A stretch of 64,000 nt of DNA from Gammaproteobacteria bacterium (GTDB lineage: Bacteria > Pseudomonadota > Gammaproteobacteria > Eutrophobiales > Eutrophobiaceae): assembly GCA_963422205.2 (NCBI GenBank), contig CAXMWX010000005.1, positions 1-64,000 of the forward strand. The letters are read 5' to 3'. The translations under genes were made by a program, and so were the position numbers. Positions 18,978-31,552 of this stretch are shown piece after piece; within the stretch, counting starts at the first letter, position 1; each line of letters begins with the position of its first letter. The notes beneath the pieces were generated by a model. The model made no database searches, was not told the DNA's origin, and worked only from the letters and a program-made list of their open reading frames with translations.

Positions 18978-20030
18978 TTATCTGACTTTTCTCAAAAGCC
19001 GTCTTGTCTGCAATGCGGCTGCTATGAAAGGATGCAGCGCTATAGTCACATACTCACCCAGGGGCAGCATAAGCACAGCAAAGCGCAAGTAATGAAAGTA
19101 TAAACGATATGTTTTTGTCACTGCTTTACCTCTGCGCCTTATCGCGTTTATCATGTTTTTTATATCATCCTGTATGCGGGGTTCCTGTAGCATTTGCTTG
19201 TAGTATTTCAGATTGTCCAGCCGGTCTGGTTGGCTGTATTTGAGTATGTTATGTAACAGAAAAGCAGAATTTCTCAGGATATACAGGGCAAAATAATCTT
19301 TGTATTCATGATGCAGGTTATGCTCGCTTAAATGTTTTTTGAATCCTGCAAACAGAGTATAAACCAGACCATGACAATGCTGTTTGCTTATCGAACCTGT
19401 TATACTTCCCTCCCTCTTCACATAGTGGTGTAATGGTTTGTCGATATAGGGAATATAGCCCGGCCGGTTTTTAACCAATACATGTAACAGCGTGACTGTA
19501 TCCTCGTTTATACCTTTTGGAAATCGAATACCCTGAAATACTCTGGTGCGAAAAAAATAAGCACCAAATGCGCCTTCATCAATGATCAACAGCTTGTTTA
19601 TTTTCTCTTTCCAATCTGCGTCACCTTGATTTTTACCGATCCTTTGCTTTTGTGATCCTGTGTGCCAGTACACATCACAGACACACATAGCCGCCTGGTG
19701 CTTCATGGCGGTGCTGTACATCAGTTGCAGATAATCCGGCTCTACATAATCATCGCTGTCGATAAAACAGATATACTCACCTTTTGCTTGCTCTATCCCT
19801 GTATTCCGGGCCTGTCCCAGCCCCTGGTTTTGTTTGTGGTGAACAACCTGAAACCGCCCATCGTCACTGATCAGGGGCTGGATCCGGTTTATGGAATCAT
19901 CGGGCGAGGCGTCATCAATGATCAGGCATTCAAAATCCGTATGGGTTTGATCCATGATGCTCTGGATACATTTTTCAATATATGCCTCTACATTATATAC
20001 CGGCACGACAACGGTGACTTTTGGAGTCAT
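18978..20030 (-). CDS. Glycosyltransferase family 2 (paralogue of the neighbouring gene)
   Basis: VVVPVYNVE, IIDDASPD, ARNTG and FIDSDD motifs. Confidence 0.92.
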   Translation of the reverse strand: MTPKVTVVVPVYNVEAYIEKCIQSIMDQTHTDFECLIIDDASPDDSINRIQPLISDDGRFQVVHHKQNQGLGQARNTGIEQAKGEYICFIDSDDYVEPDYLQLMYSTAMKHQAAMCVCDVYWHTGSQKQRIGKNQGDADWKEKINKLLIIDEGAFGAYFFRTRVFQGIRFPKGINEDTVTLLHVLVKNRPGYIPYIDKPLHHYVKREGSITGSISKQHCHGLVYTLFAGFKKHLSEHNLHHEYKDYFALYILRNSAFLLHNILKYSQPDRLDNLKYYKQMLQEPRIQDDIKNMINAIRRRGKAVTKTYRLYFHYLRFAVLMLPLGEYVTIALHPFIAAALQTRRLLRKVR

Positions 20031-20176
20031 TAAGATGATTTTTTATCCGTATCAACCGTCTGCATTACCCACGCCAGCACGCATCAGTGATACCTTTTTC
20101 CTGATCAAGGCATTGGACTGCTACTGACTGCTACCAAAGGGGGCTACCCTGGCAGGGGCCTGCCCCGGTAAGCCTG

Positions 20177-20386
20177 TCAGCTGATCACTTCAACCTGGGT
20201 AGCGTGCAGACCTTTCGGCCCTCTCTCAGCAACATAGGTCACATGCTGCCCCTCATTAAGCGATTTGTATCCATTGAGATTGATTGATGAATAATGCACG
20301 AATATATCATCCCCTCCGTCACTCGGTGCGATAAAACCATAGCCTTTTGAACTATTAAACCACTTGACAATACCACTTGAACTCAT
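20177..20386 (-). CDS. cspD: Cold-shock domain protein, CspD-like
   Basis: VKWFN..KGYGFI, DIFVHYS and GPKGLHA motifs. The CSD call is firm; the cspD subtype is tentative. Confidence 0.7.
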   Translation of the reverse strand: MSSSGIVKWFNSSKGYGFIAPSDGGDDIFVHYSSINLNGYKSLNEGQHVTYVAERGPKGLHATQVEVIS

Positions 20387-20582
20387 ACGACTCTCCCCCT
20401 TGGGCGTTACGTTAATTTAATCAGCCACCACCTCTAGCCCGGCCCAGATCTGATCTGGGACGATTGGCAGCGATGGCAGCACGATGATGAGCATAAACAA
20501 TTTTAGTCAGGTTGCCAATTTTTATGCAGGTTTGCTGATCGCCGGGCGGCGGTGTATGGACACATCCGGGGGCGGCAGCAGT

Positions 20583-23500
20583 TCATGGGCGCAGAGACTG
20601 TGGTTCATTCCGACCGTACAGGCGGGAGAAAAAGGCTCTGATATCCTCCCAAATCAGCACATTGCACGGCACCATGATCAAGGTGATGGCGGTAGCGAAC
20701 AACACCCCGAAGCCCAGCGATATGCCCATCGGGATCAGAAACTGTGCCTGCACTGATTTCTCAAATGTGAGCGGTACCAGACCAAAAAAAGTCGTCAGGG
20801 AAGTCAGGATAACCGGCCTGAAACGTGCCTGCCCTGCTGCAATAACGGCGTTCAACAGCTTAACGCCCTTGGCTTTCTGCTGATTGATGAAGTCAACCAG
20901 CACCAGGCTGTCATTCACCACCACCCCGATCAGCGCCATTAACCCCATAATACTCATAAAGGAAATGGTACGCCCCATGATCCAATGGCCGAGGACAGCA
21001 CCGATTACCCCAAACGGGATGACCGACATCACAATCAGCGGCTCGCTATAGGATTTCAGCGGCAGCGCCAGTAAACAGTAGATGATAAACAGCAGGATAA
21101 AGATACCGAGTTGAATACTGCCAAAGGCCTTGCGCTGCTCTTTTGCCTCGCCCTGGAGTGTATACGTCACCCCCGGATAGTTCGCTAACAAGCCGTCCAC
21201 GAAGTTTGCCAGATCATCCTGTAACACCGTCATGTTGGTTTTTTCCTTATCCACATCGGCGCTTACTGTCATCACGCGGTAACGGTTGATGCGGGTGATG
21301 GTTGAGGGGCCTTTATCCGGCCTTAAAGTCGCCACATGTGACAAAGGCACACGGCGACCATCCGGTGTGCTGATGAGATAATCATTGAGTGTGGCCAGGG
21401 TACTGCGCTCATGTTCGGGCAATCTCACCAGCACACGGATATCATCCCGACCACGTTGTATGCGCTGTGCTTCAAAACCGCGAAACGCCTGGCTCACCTG
21501 CCCGACAATATCGCTTCGGGTCAAGCCAAGCACATGCCCTTCAGAAGTTAATTCAATCCGCAATTCTTCCTTGCCATCCGACAGGCTATCGGTGATATCA
21601 AACACCGTCGGATAGGTCATCAGGCGCTGTTTCACCTGCTCGCCTATGTCCTCCAGTTGCGCCAGTGAATGCCCGCTGAATTGCAGGGCAACAGGATCGC
21701 CAGTGCTGATGATCTCGGCACGAAAAGTCAAGGATTCAGCACCGGGTATGGTGCCGATACGTTGCCGCCAGTCAGTGATCAGATCACGCATCCTGATATC
21801 CGAGAGGCGATCATCGGCCGGTATGGTCTCAATAATCACCTGCCCGCGATGATCAGCAACCCCCGCGCCCTTGGCCGCACCGGTAGTTGAGAGAATATCC
21901 TGAATAACAGACCGACCACTGTCGCCATCCATATAGTCTTTTTGCAATGCGACCGCCGCATCCGTGATACGCTGCATGTAACGATCGGTGATCGCAAATG
22001 GTGTGCCCACAGGCATCGTCAGCGTCACCCTGGCAGTATCGGACTCTACCCGCGGCAGAAAGGTAAACTTGAGCCAGCCACTCATGAGGATAGCAATAAT
22101 CAGACAAAACACGCCGGTGAATGTGGCCAGCACGGTGTAGCGGTGGCCGATCGCCCTGTCCAGAACCGGTTTGTAATAACGGATGATCAGCGCTTCAAAA
22201 CCATTGGCAAACCGGCGCTGCATGGCGAACAGTCCGCCCGCCTGACCAGTGCCGTTATTCACGTTGATGTGTTTCATGTGGGCGGGCAACACCAGCTTGG
22301 ATTCGATCAGTGAAAATATCAGGCAGGGAATGACGACCGCAGGAATGGAAAGCAAAAAGTCGCCCATGCGTCCCTCGATAAAAGCCAGTGGCAAAAAAGC
22401 CGCTATGGTCGTGAGAATGCCAAAGGTGACCGGCACGGCAACCTGATGGGTGCCGGTTATCGCCGCCTCCAGACCATCCCCACCGGTACGCATTCGCGCA
22501 TAGATATTCTCGCCCGTGACGATGGCATCATCAACCACGATACCCAGCACCAGAATAAATCCAAAGGCGCTTATCATATTGATGCTGACCCCCATCAGGT
22601 TCATTAAAATAAACGCACCAAGAAAACTGACCGGTATGCCAATGAATACCCAAAAACTCACCGCCGGTTGCAGGAAAATTGCCAGCAGGAGAATGACCAG
22701 CACACCGCCTTGCAGGGCATTTTGTACCAGAGTACCCAAACGCGCCTTCAGATAACTGGTATTATCATCCCAATAGCTTAACGACAGCCCCACCGGTACG
22801 CTGGCCTGCTTCTCTTCAACATAGCGTTTGACCTGCTCGGCGATTTGCAAAGCACTCTGATCACCCACACGATCGACATTGATCAGTGCGGCCACCTGGC
22901 CGTTAAAATCGGCCTTCAGTGAGGCCTCTTCAAAGGCATCATACACCCTGGCTATATCACCGAGCCGAATGATGCTGCCGTCAGGATTGATCTTGACCAC
23001 AATATCTTCAAACTCATCCTGACGGTAGGCCTGGCCCTTGGAGCGAATCAACACATCGCCCCCCTCGGTACGCACATTACCGGCCGAGATATCCAGCGAG
23101 CTGTTACGAATGGCACTGGCGATATCCGCCAGGGTCAGCGCATAGTTGCGTAATCGGTCCTGTGAGACTTCAACATTGATCTCATATTTTCTCACCGCAC
23201 CGAGTTCAACCTGGGTGATCCCGGGCTGGCGCAGCAGATCATCACGAATCATCTCGGCATACAGCCGGATCTCTGTTTCACTCAGCGTGCCTGAAACAAC
23301 GAGGGAGATAACGCTGTGCTTACGTTGCCGTAAGCTGATCACCGGTCTTTCTGTCTCGGCAGGAAAGGTATTGATGGAGTCAATACGATTTTTCACATCA
23401 TCCAGCATGTCCCTGGGATCATAACCGGAAGCCACCTCAATCGTGACCGTGGTGTTGCCTTCAACTGAACGGCTGGTCAGCTCGCCTATGCCCTCCAAAT

Positions 23501-23714
23501 CCTGCACCGCCTCCTCAATCCTGATGGCCACACCCAGTTCGATATCTTCCGGTGTAGCACCACGTAAAGGCACAGATACCCGGATAACATCCGGTTCAAT
23601 TTCGGGAAAAACTTCAACCCGTAACAACTCCAGCAGCGAGTACAGGCCGCCGATGATGATGGTCAACAGCAACAGGTTGGCGGCGACATCATTTCTGGCA
23701 AACCAGGCGATCAT
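20583..23714 (-). CDS. RND efflux transporter permease subunit
   Basis: 1043 aa; NDVAANLL, GIVVDDAIV.GENI, GVVVNDSLV and RFRPVILTSLTT motifs. Confidence 0.95.
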   Translation of the reverse strand: MIAWFARNDVAANLLLLTIIIGGLYSLLELLRVEVFPEIEPDVIRVSVPLRGATPEDIELGVAIRIEEAVQDLEGIGELTSRSVEGNTTVTIEVASGYDPRDMLDDVKNRIDSINTFPAETERPVISLRQRKHSVISLVVSGTLSETEIRLYAEMIRDDLLRQPGITQVELGAVRKYEINVEVSQDRLRNYALTLADIASAIRNSSLDISAGNVRTEGGDVLIRSKGQAYRQDEFEDIVVKINPDGSIIRLGDIARVYDAFEEASLKADFNGQVAALINVDRVGDQSALQIAEQVKRYVEEKQASVPVGLSLSYWDDNTSYLKARLGTLVQNALQGGVLVILLLAIFLQPAVSFWVFIGIPVSFLGAFILMNLMGVSINMISAFGFILVLGIVVDDAIVTGENIYARMRTGGDGLEAAITGTHQVAVPVTFGILTTIAAFLPLAFIEGRMGDFLLSIPAVVIPCLIFSLIESKLVLPAHMKHINVNNGTGQAGGLFAMQRRFANGFEALIIRYYKPVLDRAIGHRYTVLATFTGVFCLIIAILMSGWLKFTFLPRVESDTARVTLTMPVGTPFAITDRYMQRITDAAVALQKDYMDGDSGRSVIQDILSTTGAAKGAGVADHRGQVIIETIPADDRLSDIRMRDLITDWRQRIGTIPGAESLTFRAEIISTGDPVALQFSGHSLAQLEDIGEQVKQRLMTYPTVFDITDSLSDGKEELRIELTSEGHVLGLTRSDIVGQVSQAFRGFEAQRIQRGRDDIRVLVRLPEHERSTLATLNDYLISTPDGRRVPLSHVATLRPDKGPSTITRINRYRVMTVSADVDKEKTNMTVLQDDLANFVDGLLANYPGVTYTLQGEAKEQRKAFGSIQLGIFILLFIIYCLLALPLKSYSEPLIVMSVIPFGVIGAVLGHWIMGRTISFMSIMGLMALIGVVVNDSLVLVDFINQQKAKGVKLLNAVIAAGQARFRPVILTSLTTFFGLVPLTFEKSVQAQFLIPMGISLGFGVLFATAITLIMVPCNVLIWEDIRAFFSRLYGRNEPQSLRP

Positions 23715-24901
23715 TGTGCATTCGCCTGTGTTGTGGACGCCGCTTCAGGCTGTATCTGCACACGAATACCGGAGGTCACCTGCCCTAACGGGGTTAATAC
23801 CAACGCATCATCTGCTTTCAGGCCGGACTTTATCACGGCCTCTTTATCATTCTGCCAGGCGATGATAATCGGACGGCGTTGCAGCAAATGATCTTCAACC
23901 ACATACACATAACTGCCCTGATAGATGGCCTGGTTGGGGATCACGAGCGCATCCGGCAGCAAGCGCCCGTTGATCTCGGCGGTCACGTATTGGCCTATCT
24001 TGACGGTAAACTGGCGGTTGTCATTCGCACTGAAAGGATCATTTATTTGCGCCACCACATGCAGCTGCCGGGCATTATCATCAATCGCACTCTCCGTCCT
24101 GACGATCCTGCCAGAACGTGCCTGTTGCAGATCAACATCCGGGTAGATCAAAACCGCCGGTCCCTGGCTGCTCTGAGTCTGATCGCGGTATGTTTCCGGC
24201 AGCTCAAGAAACGGCAGATCACGGTTGCGGATGGGCAGCCTCACCTCAACATAATCTGCGGCATACACCTCCGCCAGTTGACTCCCCGGATTCACCACCT
24301 GCCCGACATCCACCTGTTTTTGTCGCACCCTGCCGGCATAAGGGGCGATGATCTGCGTGCGCTCCAGACCCAGTCTGGCCTTGGCCAGCGCCGCCTCGGC
24401 AGATAATAGCCGCGACTCGGCCGCCAGCAGTTGGGGTTCGCGCAACACCAGGGCCGGTGCCGCCCCGCGATTACCCAGCCGCTCCCAGTCGCGCCTGGCC
24501 TGTTCCGAACGCGCCTGCTCCTCGGCCAGGGCGCGCCGGGCATCCGCCAGACTGGCCTCGGCAATGCTGACATCCGCCCGGTAATCCCGCGCATCGATCC
24601 GCAGCAGCACATCGCCCTGCTCAAAAAAACCGCCATCCCGCAGGCTGGCGTTGATGCCGGTGATCTGGCCTGAGACCTCTGCCATTAACATGCTTTGCGT
24701 TCTCGGCCGGATAGTGCCATAGCTCTGCACCTTCACCTGATAATCCTGCAAGGTCAATGGCATGGTCTCAACCGTCATCACCACGGCACTGGCCGGGGCA
24801 CGCCGCTCTGCCTCTGGCGGGTGATGGAACACCAGCGCGGCAAGGATAAGCAATACCACCAAAACCAGGGCCGGCAGCAGCAGCCTGAAGGCCCTGTTCA
24901 C
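23711..24901 (-). CDS. RND efflux periplasmic adaptor (membrane fusion protein)
   Basis: AEVSGQI, GDVLLRID and IIAPYAG motifs with a coiled-coil hairpin. Confidence 0.93.
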   Translation of the reverse strand: MNRAFRLLLPALVLVVLLILAALVFHHPPEAERRAPASAVVMTVETMPLTLQDYQVKVQSYGTIRPRTQSMLMAEVSGQITGINASLRDGGFFEQGDVLLRIDARDYRADVSIAEASLADARRALAEEQARSEQARRDWERLGNRGAAPALVLREPQLLAAESRLLSAEAALAKARLGLERTQIIAPYAGRVRQKQVDVGQVVNPGSQLAEVYAADYVEVRLPIRNRDLPFLELPETYRDQTQSSQGPAVLIYPDVDLQQARSGRIVRTESAIDDNARQLHVVAQINDPFSANDNRQFTVKIGQYVTAEINGRLLPDALVIPNQAIYQGSYVYVVEDHLLQRRPIIIAWQNDKEAVIKSGLKADDALVLTPLGQVTSGIRVQIQPEAASTTQANAQ

Positions 24902-24925
24902 AGCCGGGTGGCTCGCAGGATGGGT

Positions 24926-26314
24926 TTATGGCATCGCACTGAATTGGCCTCCTAATGCCTGATACAGGTTAATGCGAGTCTGTATCTGCTGGTTGCGTAG
25001 TTCTATCAGCCTGGACTGGGCATCAAACGCACGCCGCTGTGCCTCCAGCACTGTGGTATATGAGACCAGCCCGCGCTGATACTGTTCAAAGGAAAGCACC
25101 CGGGCATGTTCGGCGCTGCGCTCCTGTAACACAATCGCCTGATATTGCTGCCGCAGGGAGCGATCCCGGGCGATGGTCGATTCAGCCTCGGCAAATGCAC
25201 GATAGACGGCGTCCAGATACCGTTGTTCAGATTGCACCACCCGGCTGCCGGCCTGATCCTGCAGCGCTTTTAGCCGACCGGCATTGAACAAAGGCTGCGA
25301 TACATTGCCCGCAACCGACCAGGCCAGGCTGGAGCCATCAAATACATTACCCAGCGTGCTGGCAACATCGCGCCCATCAGCCAGCAGGGTAAGCCGGGGG
25401 AAACGCTGCTTGTGGGCAATCGCAAGCGCCTCATCCGCCGCCAGCAACTCCAGCCAGCGGCGTTGCAGATCAGGACGGCGGGTCAGTAACTCGGCGGGCA
25501 GACCGGCGGGAATAGCCGCATCGATCTCAGGCAGGGCGGTTCGGGCGGCAATGGCGGCCTCAGGGTAGGTCGCCAGCAGATTCTCCAGCGTGATTTTACT
25601 CTCCAGCAAGGTCTGCCGCTGCTCCAGTAAACGGGCACGTTCCTGCTCCAGGGTGGCCTGATTCTGATAGACATCCAGTGCGGCATTTATCCCCTGCTGA
25701 TAGCCGCTGTTGACGATCTCGGCATCGGTCTTGAGATTTTGCAGGCGCCGGTCAAACAGATTCAGCAACTGCTTTGCAGTGAGCACGTTAAACCAGGCAC
25801 GCGCCACATCGGTGGCCAGTCGCAGACGGCTGTCAAGGTAGGCTGCTTCCTGTGCCTTGAACAAGAGCAACGCCTGCTGCTCAACATCACTCAGCCGCCC
25901 CCAGAAATCCAGCTCAAAGGCCAGCTCAACCCCAAGATCAACACGACTCGTTGTCGCAGTGCCGCTATCGGTCAATACTGAACGCCGCCTTGATGCAGCA
26001 AGCTGCAAATTCAACTCGGGTAGCCGGGCCGCACGGCTGATGATGATGGCCGCACGGCTTTCCTGTAACCTGGCTTTTTGCTCTGCCAGTTGAAAATTGC
26101 TGGCCAGTGCCTGCACCACAAACGCCGTCAGTTCATCATCACCAAATTCCTGTAACCAGTTCGTGGTCAATGACTGATCAGGCGCTGCCCCGGCCTGCCA
26201 GGTATCAGGCACCGGAATATTTTTTACCGCCGGCGAGATGGCGCTGATGCCACAGCCGGTCACAAGCAACAGGCACAAGAGGGTCATGCTGTAGGGAAGG
26301 TATCGGTTATTCAC
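24926..26314 (-). CDS. Outer-membrane efflux lipoprotein (NodT/OprM family)
   Basis: Lipobox VTGC; ELDFWGR, ELLTRRPD and LYQALGG motifs. Confidence 0.93.
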   Translation of the reverse strand: MNNRYLPYSMTLLCLLLVTGCGISAISPAVKNIPVPDTWQAGAAPDQSLTTNWLQEFGDDELTAFVVQALASNFQLAEQKARLQESRAAIIISRAARLPELNLQLAASRRRSVLTDSGTATTSRVDLGVELAFELDFWGRLSDVEQQALLLFKAQEAAYLDSRLRLATDVARAWFNVLTAKQLLNLFDRRLQNLKTDAEIVNSGYQQGINAALDVYQNQATLEQERARLLEQRQTLLESKITLENLLATYPEAAIAARTALPEIDAAIPAGLPAELLTRRPDLQRRWLELLAADEALAIAHKQRFPRLTLLADGRDVASTLGNVFDGSSLAWSVAGNVSQPLFNAGRLKALQDQAGSRVVQSEQRYLDAVYRAFAEAESTIARDRSLRQQYQAIVLQERSAEHARVLSFEQYQRGLVSYTTVLEAQRRAFDAQSRLIELRNQQIQTRINLYQALGGQFSAMP

Positions 26315-26473
26315 GATTCAACAACTTCACAATTCAACAACGGGATAGATCAACATGGACAAGTTAGCCGGTTATTATAAAAGATAGCGCACAAAGCACC
26401 ACCTGTAATTCGCAGATTTCACTCGTGTGCTTATATGCTTCAATAAAAACTGTCAATCTTTAAGGAGATACGC

Positions 26474-27613
26474 ATGAAACAGACAGTGAGAAAAACCGGC
26501 AGGCCGGTGTGCGCTGAACCGCTGTTGCTGACCCCCGGCCCGCTGACAACCTCCAGCTCGGTCAAACAGGCCATGCTGCATGATTATGGTGCCCGGGATG
26601 ATAAATTTATTGAACTTAGCGCAAGGGTCTGTCGAACACTGCTCAAGATAGCGAACGCCGGCCCGGCGTATCAGTGCATCCCGCTGCAAGGCAGCGGCAC
26701 CTTCGCCGTTGAGGCCATGCTGGCCAGCCTGATCCCCGCAAAGGGTAAGTTGTTAAACCTGGTAAACGGGGCTTATGGCAGACGTATCAGTGAAATATGC
26801 ACCTATCTGCACCGTGAGGTGGTGGTGCTGGAATACCCGGAAGACACACCGATCACGCCAGGTGAGGTTGCCGATGTGCTGGCCTCTGATCCTGACATCA
26901 GCCATGTCAGCCTGGTTTACTGTGAGACGACCTCGGGCCTGCTCAACCCTGTCAGGGAGATCGCACATACAGTCCAGGCACATAACCGGCAATGCCTGCT
27001 GGATGCCATGAGTGCCTTTGGTGCGCTGCCCGTTGATGTGCAGGCAATGCCCTGTACCGCCATCGCTGCCTCAAGTAATAAATGCCTGCAAGGTGTGCCG
27101 GGGGCCGGTTTTGTGATCGCAACAGAACAGGCGCTCAAGCACAGTGCCGCCAACGCACATTCACTCAGCCTCGATCTGCACGCCCAATGGCAGAGGTTGA
27201 AGCAGACTGGTCAATGGCGTTTTACGCCGCCGGTGCAGTGTCTGCTGGCACTGCAACAGGCGCTGGCAGAATTGGATGCCGAAGGCGGCCCGGCTGTGCG
27301 CCTGCAACGCTATCAGAAAAATGCCGAGGTGTTGACTGATGGGATGCGTACCCTGGGTTTTACGCCGTACCTTGCCGATGCGGTGCAGGCGCCGATCATC
27401 ATCACGTTTCTCATGCCCGCATACAAACGATTTGTGTTTACGGATTTCCATGACCGGCTGCGACAATGCGGCTACCTCATCTATCCGGGCAAGCTGACGC
27501 AGACCGAGAGCTTTCGCATCGGCTGTATCGGCCATATCACCCAGAACGACATGCGGCAGTTTATCCATACCGTCTCGGCGGTGCTGGCCGAGTTGGACAT
27601 GACTCTGATCTGA
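26474..27613 (+). CDS. phnW: 2-aminoethylphosphonate--pyruvate transaminase
   Basis: LLTPGPLTTS, QGSGTFAVE, NGAYG, CETTSG, DAMS, SSNKC (PLP lysine), QWRFTPP and IYPGKLT motifs. Confidence 0.93.
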   Translation: MKQTVRKTGRPVCAEPLLLTPGPLTTSSSVKQAMLHDYGARDDKFIELSARVCRTLLKIANAGPAYQCIPLQGSGTFAVEAMLASLIPAKGKLLNLVNGAYGRRISEICTYLHREVVVLEYPEDTPITPGEVADVLASDPDISHVSLVYCETTSGLLNPVREIAHTVQAHNRQCLLDAMSAFGALPVDVQAMPCTAIAASSNKCLQGVPGAGFVIATEQALKHSAANAHSLSLDLHAQWQRLKQTGQWRFTPPVQCLLALQQALAELDAEGGPAVRLQRYQKNAEVLTDGMRTLGFTPYLADAVQAPIIITFLMPAYKRFVFTDFHDRLRQCGYLIYPGKLTQTESFRIGCIGHITQNDMRQFIHTVSAVLAELDMTLI

Positions 27614-27687
27614 TGGTGAAAACAGGCGAGCCCTCCATCTGCATCCAGGCGTATCCTGGCATACCCTGTATATTCATTTATCGAAGC

Positions 27688-30058
<2,371 letters not shown>

Positions 30059-30078
30059 TGATAGTCAAGGCGCCAGGC

Positions 30079-30663
30079 TTAATACATGATCACCTGTCGC
30101 ACCGCTTCCGTATGGCCTAATACTTCTGCTATCTCGGCGTGAATACTGGCGAGTGTCTGTTGCTGTAACTGTGGATCGTCGCGCAGCAGCAGCAAGACAG
30201 AGGCCGGATGTACCAGCAGATCCTTAACGTGGTAACAGGCAGATGATGCCTTTGGCAAGGCCCCATCATGATGATAATCACGCTCCATTGTTTCGTGTTC
30301 CATGTCATGCAGGCGGGCCTTCAGTGCCAGTGTCTGGTGTAAATACGCATCACATTGCGGCAGGCGAAGACGGGCCTGTGCAATAATTGACTCTGACAGC
30401 ATGATCAACTGATTGGCATGATGTGCGATACGTACAAGATCACGCTCGCCCAGCTTGTCCGTCAAATGCTGCGCCTGTCGTTCATAGTCGGCCAGCAAGG
30501 CGGCCACGTGTTGCAGCCTTGCCTGGTCTGCTGCACCGCTGCCATCGGTCTGGTTGATCTGGTGTGATTGATCTGCCCTCAGCGTCTCACTCGCCACAGC
30601 ACAAGAGATGAGTGACAGGAAAACAGCCGTGCTGCACCAGCGGTTACTGTGTGTTTGTAACAT
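30079..30663 (-). CDS. Hypothetical exported helical protein with Cys/His cluster
   Basis: Signal peptide; PQCDAYL and DYHHDGALP...CYHVKDLLVHP motifs. Confidence 0.65.
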   Translation of the reverse strand: MLQTHSNRWCSTAVFLSLISCAVASETLRADQSHQINQTDGSGAADQARLQHVAALLADYERQAQHLTDKLGERDLVRIAHHANQLIMLSESIIAQARLRLPQCDAYLHQTLALKARLHDMEHETMERDYHHDGALPKASSACYHVKDLLVHPASVLLLLRDDPQLQQQTLASIHAEIAEVLGHTEAVRQVIMY

Positions 30664-31003
30664 ACCCTAATCCCGGTGATAATGATGCTGGCTTGGTATC
30701 CTCATGCAGCACCTGCCCATCCAGCAAACACGGCCAGCCCGTATCGGCAATCTGCTGATCTTTATCCCTGCTGTTATCTTCGGCTTTGCACATCTTTCTA
30801 CTCTCCGATAAATGCACAACGGCTATGCTAACATACAATTTGGGTGTAAGCTGCGAAGCTGTATCTCGACCGGCAAGCCGCTTCGCCCATCTTGCTGAAT
30901 GCTAAAGAGACACCGTGTCAGAGATACGCCCTGCGGGGCCATGAACAATACGATCGATGCACAGGCAACAGAGCAGAAAAATACAGGGGCAACATCGGGG
31001 ATC

Positions 31004-31552
31004 ATGCTGATCATAAAAAATAACACCCGCCGATTTGGCCTGTTGACCCGGCTGCTGCACTGGAGTGTTGCCCTGCTGATCCTGGGCCTCACCTGGCTGG
31101 GCTGGTATATGGTTGATCTGACCTATTACGACAAGTGGTACAAGGACTCGCTGGATTATCATAAATCTCTGGGGATGCTGGTGCTGGGGCTGGCGATGGT
31201 CAAGCTCGGCTGGCAATGGTACTCCCCCTTGCCCAACACACTGACAGAGCTTAAACCGCTGGAGAGAATCGCCGCCCGGCTCATGCACACCGTGTTATTA
31301 ACCAGCATGATCCTGCTGCCGCTGACCGGCTATCTGATTTCCACCTCGGCAGGCCAGCCGGTTGCGGTGTTTAACTGGCTTCAGATCCCCGCCGTTATTG
31401 CTGTCGATAAGGGCCTGCGTGATCTGGTGATCGAACTGCATTATTACTTGGCGTATGCGACCCTGTTGCTGGTGGCAGGCCATGCGGGTGCGGCTATCAA
31501 ACACCAGTTTATCGACAAGCACGACACGCTGAAGCGTATGCTCTGGGGTTAG
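31004..31552 (+). CDS. Cytochrome b561 (YceJ-like)
   Basis: LHW, HKSLG, H..L and HAGAAIKHQF haem-ligand pattern across four TM segments. Confidence 0.9.
   Translation: MLIIKNNTRRFGLLTRLLHWSVALLILGLTWLGWYMVDLTYYDKWYKDSLDYHKSLGMLVLGLAMVKLGWQWYSPLPNTLTELKPLERIAARLMHTVLLTSMILLPLTGYLISTSAGQPVAVFNWLQIPAVIAVDKGLRDLVIELHYYLAYATLLLVAGHAGAAIKHQFIDKHDTLKRMLWG

Noticed and set aside
30644-30838. 64-aa ORF upstream of the exported hypothetical gene
   Set aside because: Short, no motif, and it occupies a probable divergent promoter region.
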